Shown piece by piece: positions 61,450-64,000 of a stretch of 64,000 nucleotides of DNA. Source of the stretch: Alphaproteobacteria bacterium (lineage in GTDB: Bacteria > Pseudomonadota > Alphaproteobacteria > Reyranellales > Reyranellaceae). Position 1 is the stretch's first letter. Every line of letters starts with the position of its first letter. The translations under genes were made by a program, and so were the position numbers. The notes below the pieces were generated by a model. That model ran no database searches. It was not told the origin of the DNA and was given only the letters and a program-made list of their open reading frames with translations. The stretch is from the NCBI GenBank assembly GCA_019235415.1, contig JAFAKN010000131.1:15219-79218 (forward strand), in the 5' to 3' direction.

Positions 61450-61668
61450 ATGCCGGGGGGCGCCATCGTGATCGCGTCGGATCAATCCGGTTTCGACCTC
61501 CGTCGGAGTGTGAAGCACGGCCTCCCGGACATCGGTCTCGCTGGGCTTCGATCGAGCACCGGCCTGCCCGGACTTGCTAACTATCTTGACGTCGACTGGA
61601 CGTCCAGTGCCATTGCCGACTGGCGCGTCGGGCGCACGACCAACGCATCAAAGGGTTTCACGCCATGA
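61450..61668 (+). pseudogene. Degenerate ribose-5-phosphate isomerase B remnant
   Basis: AIVIASDQSGFDLRR resembles RpiB IAIASDHAGFDLK; sits where rpiB commonly precedes glyA; no CGTG catalytic motif. Confidence 0.55.
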
Positions 61669-62972
61669 GCGACGTTGCCGTCAAGTTGTCGGACCGACCG
61701 CTGCCGATTTTCACGCGCAGCTTGGCCGAGGCCGATCCCGCCGTCGATGCCGCAATGAAAGGCGAGCTGCGGCGCCAGCGCGAGCAGATCGAGCTGATCG
61801 CCTCGGAGAACATCGTGTCGCGCGCCGTGCTGGAGGCAGCAGGCTCGGTGCTTACCAACAAGTATGCCGAGGGCTACCCCGGCCGCCGCTATTACGGCGG
61901 CTGCGAGGAGGTCGACAAGGCCGAGCAGCTGGCGATCGACCGTGCCTGCAGGCTGTTCGACTGCGCGTTCGCCAACGTGCAGCCGCACTCCGGCGCGCAG
62001 GCCAACCAGGCAGTGTTCATGGCCCTCCTGCAGCCCGGCGACAAGTTCATGGGCATGGCGCTCGACCAGGGCGGGCACCTGACGCACGGCTCGCCGGCCA
62101 ACCAGTCGGGCAAGTGGTTCAAGGTCGTGTCGTACGGCGTGAAGCCCGACACGCATCTCATCGACTACGAGCAGATGGAGGAGACCGCGCGCCGCGAGCG
62201 CCCGAAGCTGATCGTCGCCGGCGCCTCGGCGTACTCCCGACAGATCGATTGGGCGCGCTTTCGCAAGGCCGCCGACGAGATCGGCGCCTGGTTCATGGTC
62301 GACATGGCGCACTATGCCGGCCTGATCGCGGCCGGCGTCTATCCCAGCCCATTGCCTCACGCGCACGTCGTGACGACCACCACGCACAAGACCCTGCGCG
62401 GCCCACGCGGCGGCATGGTGCTCTGCAACGACGCCGACATCGGCAAGAAGATCAATTCGGCGGTGTTTCCCGGCCTGCAAGGCGGGCCGCTGATGCACAT
62501 CATCGCCGCCAAGGCCGTGGCCCTGGGCGAGGCGCTGCGCCCGGAGTTCAAGGTCTACGCCCAGAACGTGGTCGACAATGCGCGCGCGCTCGCCTCGTCT
62601 CTGACCGAGCGCGGGCTCGAGATCGTCTCGGGCGGGACCGACAGCCACGTCATGCTGGTCGATCTCCGGCCCAAGAAGGCGACCGGCGTGGCGGCCGAGA
62701 AGGTGCTCGACCGGGCCGGCATCACCGTCAACAAGAACAGCATTCCGGGCGATCCGGAAAAGTACACGGTGACGTCGGGCGTGCGGCTGGGTTCGCCCGC
62801 CGGCACGACGCGCGGCTTCGGCGTCGGCGAATTCCGCCAGATCGGCCATCTCATTGCGGACGTGCTCGACGGCATCGCGCGCAACGGTCCGGAGGGCGAT
62901 GCGCAGGTCGAGCGCGAAGTCCGGAGCAAGGTGTTGGCGCTCTGTGCGCTCTTTCCGATCTACCGCGACTGA
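61665..62972 (+). CDS. glyA: Serine hydroxymethyltransferase
   Basis: [36 protein letters not shown]. Confidence 0.97.
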   Translation: MSDVAVKLSDRPLPIFTRSLAEADPAVDAAMKGELRRQREQIELIASENIVSRAVLEAAGSVLTNKYAEGYPGRRYYGGCEEVDKAEQLAIDRACRLFDCAFANVQPHSGAQANQAVFMALLQPGDKFMGMALDQGGHLTHGSPANQSGKWFKVVSYGVKPDTHLIDYEQMEETARRERPKLIVAGASAYSRQIDWARFRKAADEIGAWFMVDMAHYAGLIAAGVYPSPLPHAHVVTTTTHKTLRGPRGGMVLCNDADIGKKINSAVFPGLQGGPLMHIIAAKAVALGEALRPEFKVYAQNVVDNARALASSLTERGLEIVSGGTDSHVMLVDLRPKKATGVAAEKVLDRAGITVNKNSIPGDPEKYTVTSGVRLGSPAGTTRGFGVGEFRQIGHLIADVLDGIARNGPEGDAQVEREVRSKVLALCALFPIYRD

Positions 62973-63002
62973 CAACGCGCGAGACGGCAACGGGGGGAAA
63001 AC

Positions 63003-63467
63003 ATGCGCTGTCCATTCTGCGGTCACGAGGACACACAGGTTAAGGATTCGCGACCGACCGACGACAATTCGGCGATCCGCCGGCGGCGCTACTGCCCGTC
63101 CTGCGGCTCGCGCTTCACCACCTTCGAGCGCGTCCAGCTGCGCGAGCTCACGGTCGTCAAGAAGAATGGCCAGCGGGTCGCCTTTGATCGCGACAAGCTC
63201 GCGCGCTCGATCCAGGTCGCCTGCCGCAAGCGGCCAGTCGATCCCGAGCGCATCGAGCGGGTCGTGAACGGCATCGTGCGCCGCCTGGAGAGCTCGGGCG
63301 AAAGCGAGATTCCTTCCTCGCAGATCGGCGAGCTGGTGATGGACGCGCTACGCGCCCTCGATCCCGTCGCCTATGTCCGGTTCGCCTCGGTCTACCGCAA
63401 TTTCCGCGAAGCCAAGGATTTCGAGGAGTTCATCTCCGATCTCGCCGAAACCAACCTCAGGGACTGA
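63003..63467 (+). CDS. nrdR: Transcriptional repressor NrdR
   Basis: [24 protein letters not shown] cone, [10 protein letters not shown]. Confidence 0.97.
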   Translation: MRCPFCGHEDTQVKDSRPTDDNSAIRRRRYCPSCGSRFTTFERVQLRELTVVKKNGQRVAFDRDKLARSIQVACRKRPVDPERIERVVNGIVRRLESSGESEIPSSQIGELVMDALRALDPVAYVRFASVYRNFREAKDFEEFISDLAETNLRD

Positions 63468-63470
63468 GCC

Positions 63471-64000
63471 ATGATGCGCGCCGCGCTCGCGCTGGCGCGC
63501 CGTTCGCTGGGCCGCACCTGGCCCAACCCCGCCGTGGGCTGCGTGATCGTGCGCGACGGGCAGGTCGTGGGGCGCGGCCGCACCCAGGACGGCGGACGAC
63601 CGCACGCTGAGGCCATAGCCCTCGCCGAGGCCGGCGAGGCGGCACGGGGTGCCGTGGTCTATGTCACCCTGGAACCGTGCTCGCACTTCGGCAAGTCGCC
63701 GCCGTGCGCCGACGCGTTGGTGCGTGCCGGCGTCGCGCGCGTGGTGTCGGCGATGGAGGATCCCTATCCAGCCGTGAACGGCCGCGGCCATGCCCGCCTG
63801 CGAGAGGCCGGGGTCGTCGTCGATGTCGGCGAGGGAGCCGCGGAGGCCGCCGAGATCAACGCCGGGTTCTTGATGCACGTTCGCAGCGGCCGGCCGCTCG
63901 TCCATCTCAAGCTCGCGACGTCGGTCGACGGCCGCATCGCCACGGCGAGCGGCAACAGCAAATGGATCACCGGCGAGGCCGCGCGGGCGGCCGGCCACCG
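63471..64000 (+). CDS. ribD: Riboflavin biosynthesis deaminase/reductase (runs off window)
   Basis: PNPAVGC, HAE, TLEPCSH..PPC, KLATSVDGRIA, SKWITG. Confidence 0.95.
   Translation, partial: MMRAALALARRSLGRTWPNPAVGCVIVRDGQVVGRGRTQDGGRPHAEAIALAEAGEAARGAVVYVTLEPCSHFGKSPPCADALVRAGVARVVSAMEDPYPAVNGRGHARLREAGVVVDVGEGAAEAAEINAGFLMHVRSGRPLVHLKLATSVDGRIATASGNSKWITGEAARAAGH

Noticed and set aside
61590-61660. ZTP (pfl) riboswitch before glyA, suggested by GACTGGCG
   Set aside because: The downstream pseudoknot partner (CGCCUGGG-like) is absent and the region lies in the rpiB-like frame
63465-63473. nrdR-ribD read-through fusion (TGA GCC ATG in one frame)
   Set aside because: No SECIS-like hairpin or Cys-type motif context; NrdR ends at its normal length and ribD has its own ATG

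Overview
64 kb of GC-rich alphaproteobacterial chromosome (gene content and repeat style suggest a Reyranella-like organism; this is inference). Mostly housekeeping and metabolic genes: PLP aminotransferase, ABC-2 exporter, mepA, TauD dioxygenase, metG, TetR-RND efflux, sugar ABC importer, penicillin acylase, CoA transferase, hemB, valine-catabolism genes, corA, gcdH, NitT/TauT ABC importer, liv ABC importer, glyA-nrdR-ribD. It also holds two toxin-antitoxin pairs, three gene remnants and at least three families of short palindromic repeats. I recognised no rRNA, tRNA, CRISPR array or transposase. Two signals stand out. (1) A minus-strand four-gene operon at 49560-52983 encodes an atypical thioredoxin-reductase-like protein, a selenoprotein hidden by an in-frame TGA (IAD-U-GSC with a SECIS-like hairpin) and two paralogous Cys-conserving proteins of unknown function; it is divergent from a PadR / membrane protein / MsrQ-like module. 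(2) A 22-aa leader peptide with an internal Met codon, alternative hairpins, an intrinsic terminator and an anti-SD element lies upstream of metG, consistent with a Met-sensing attenuator.
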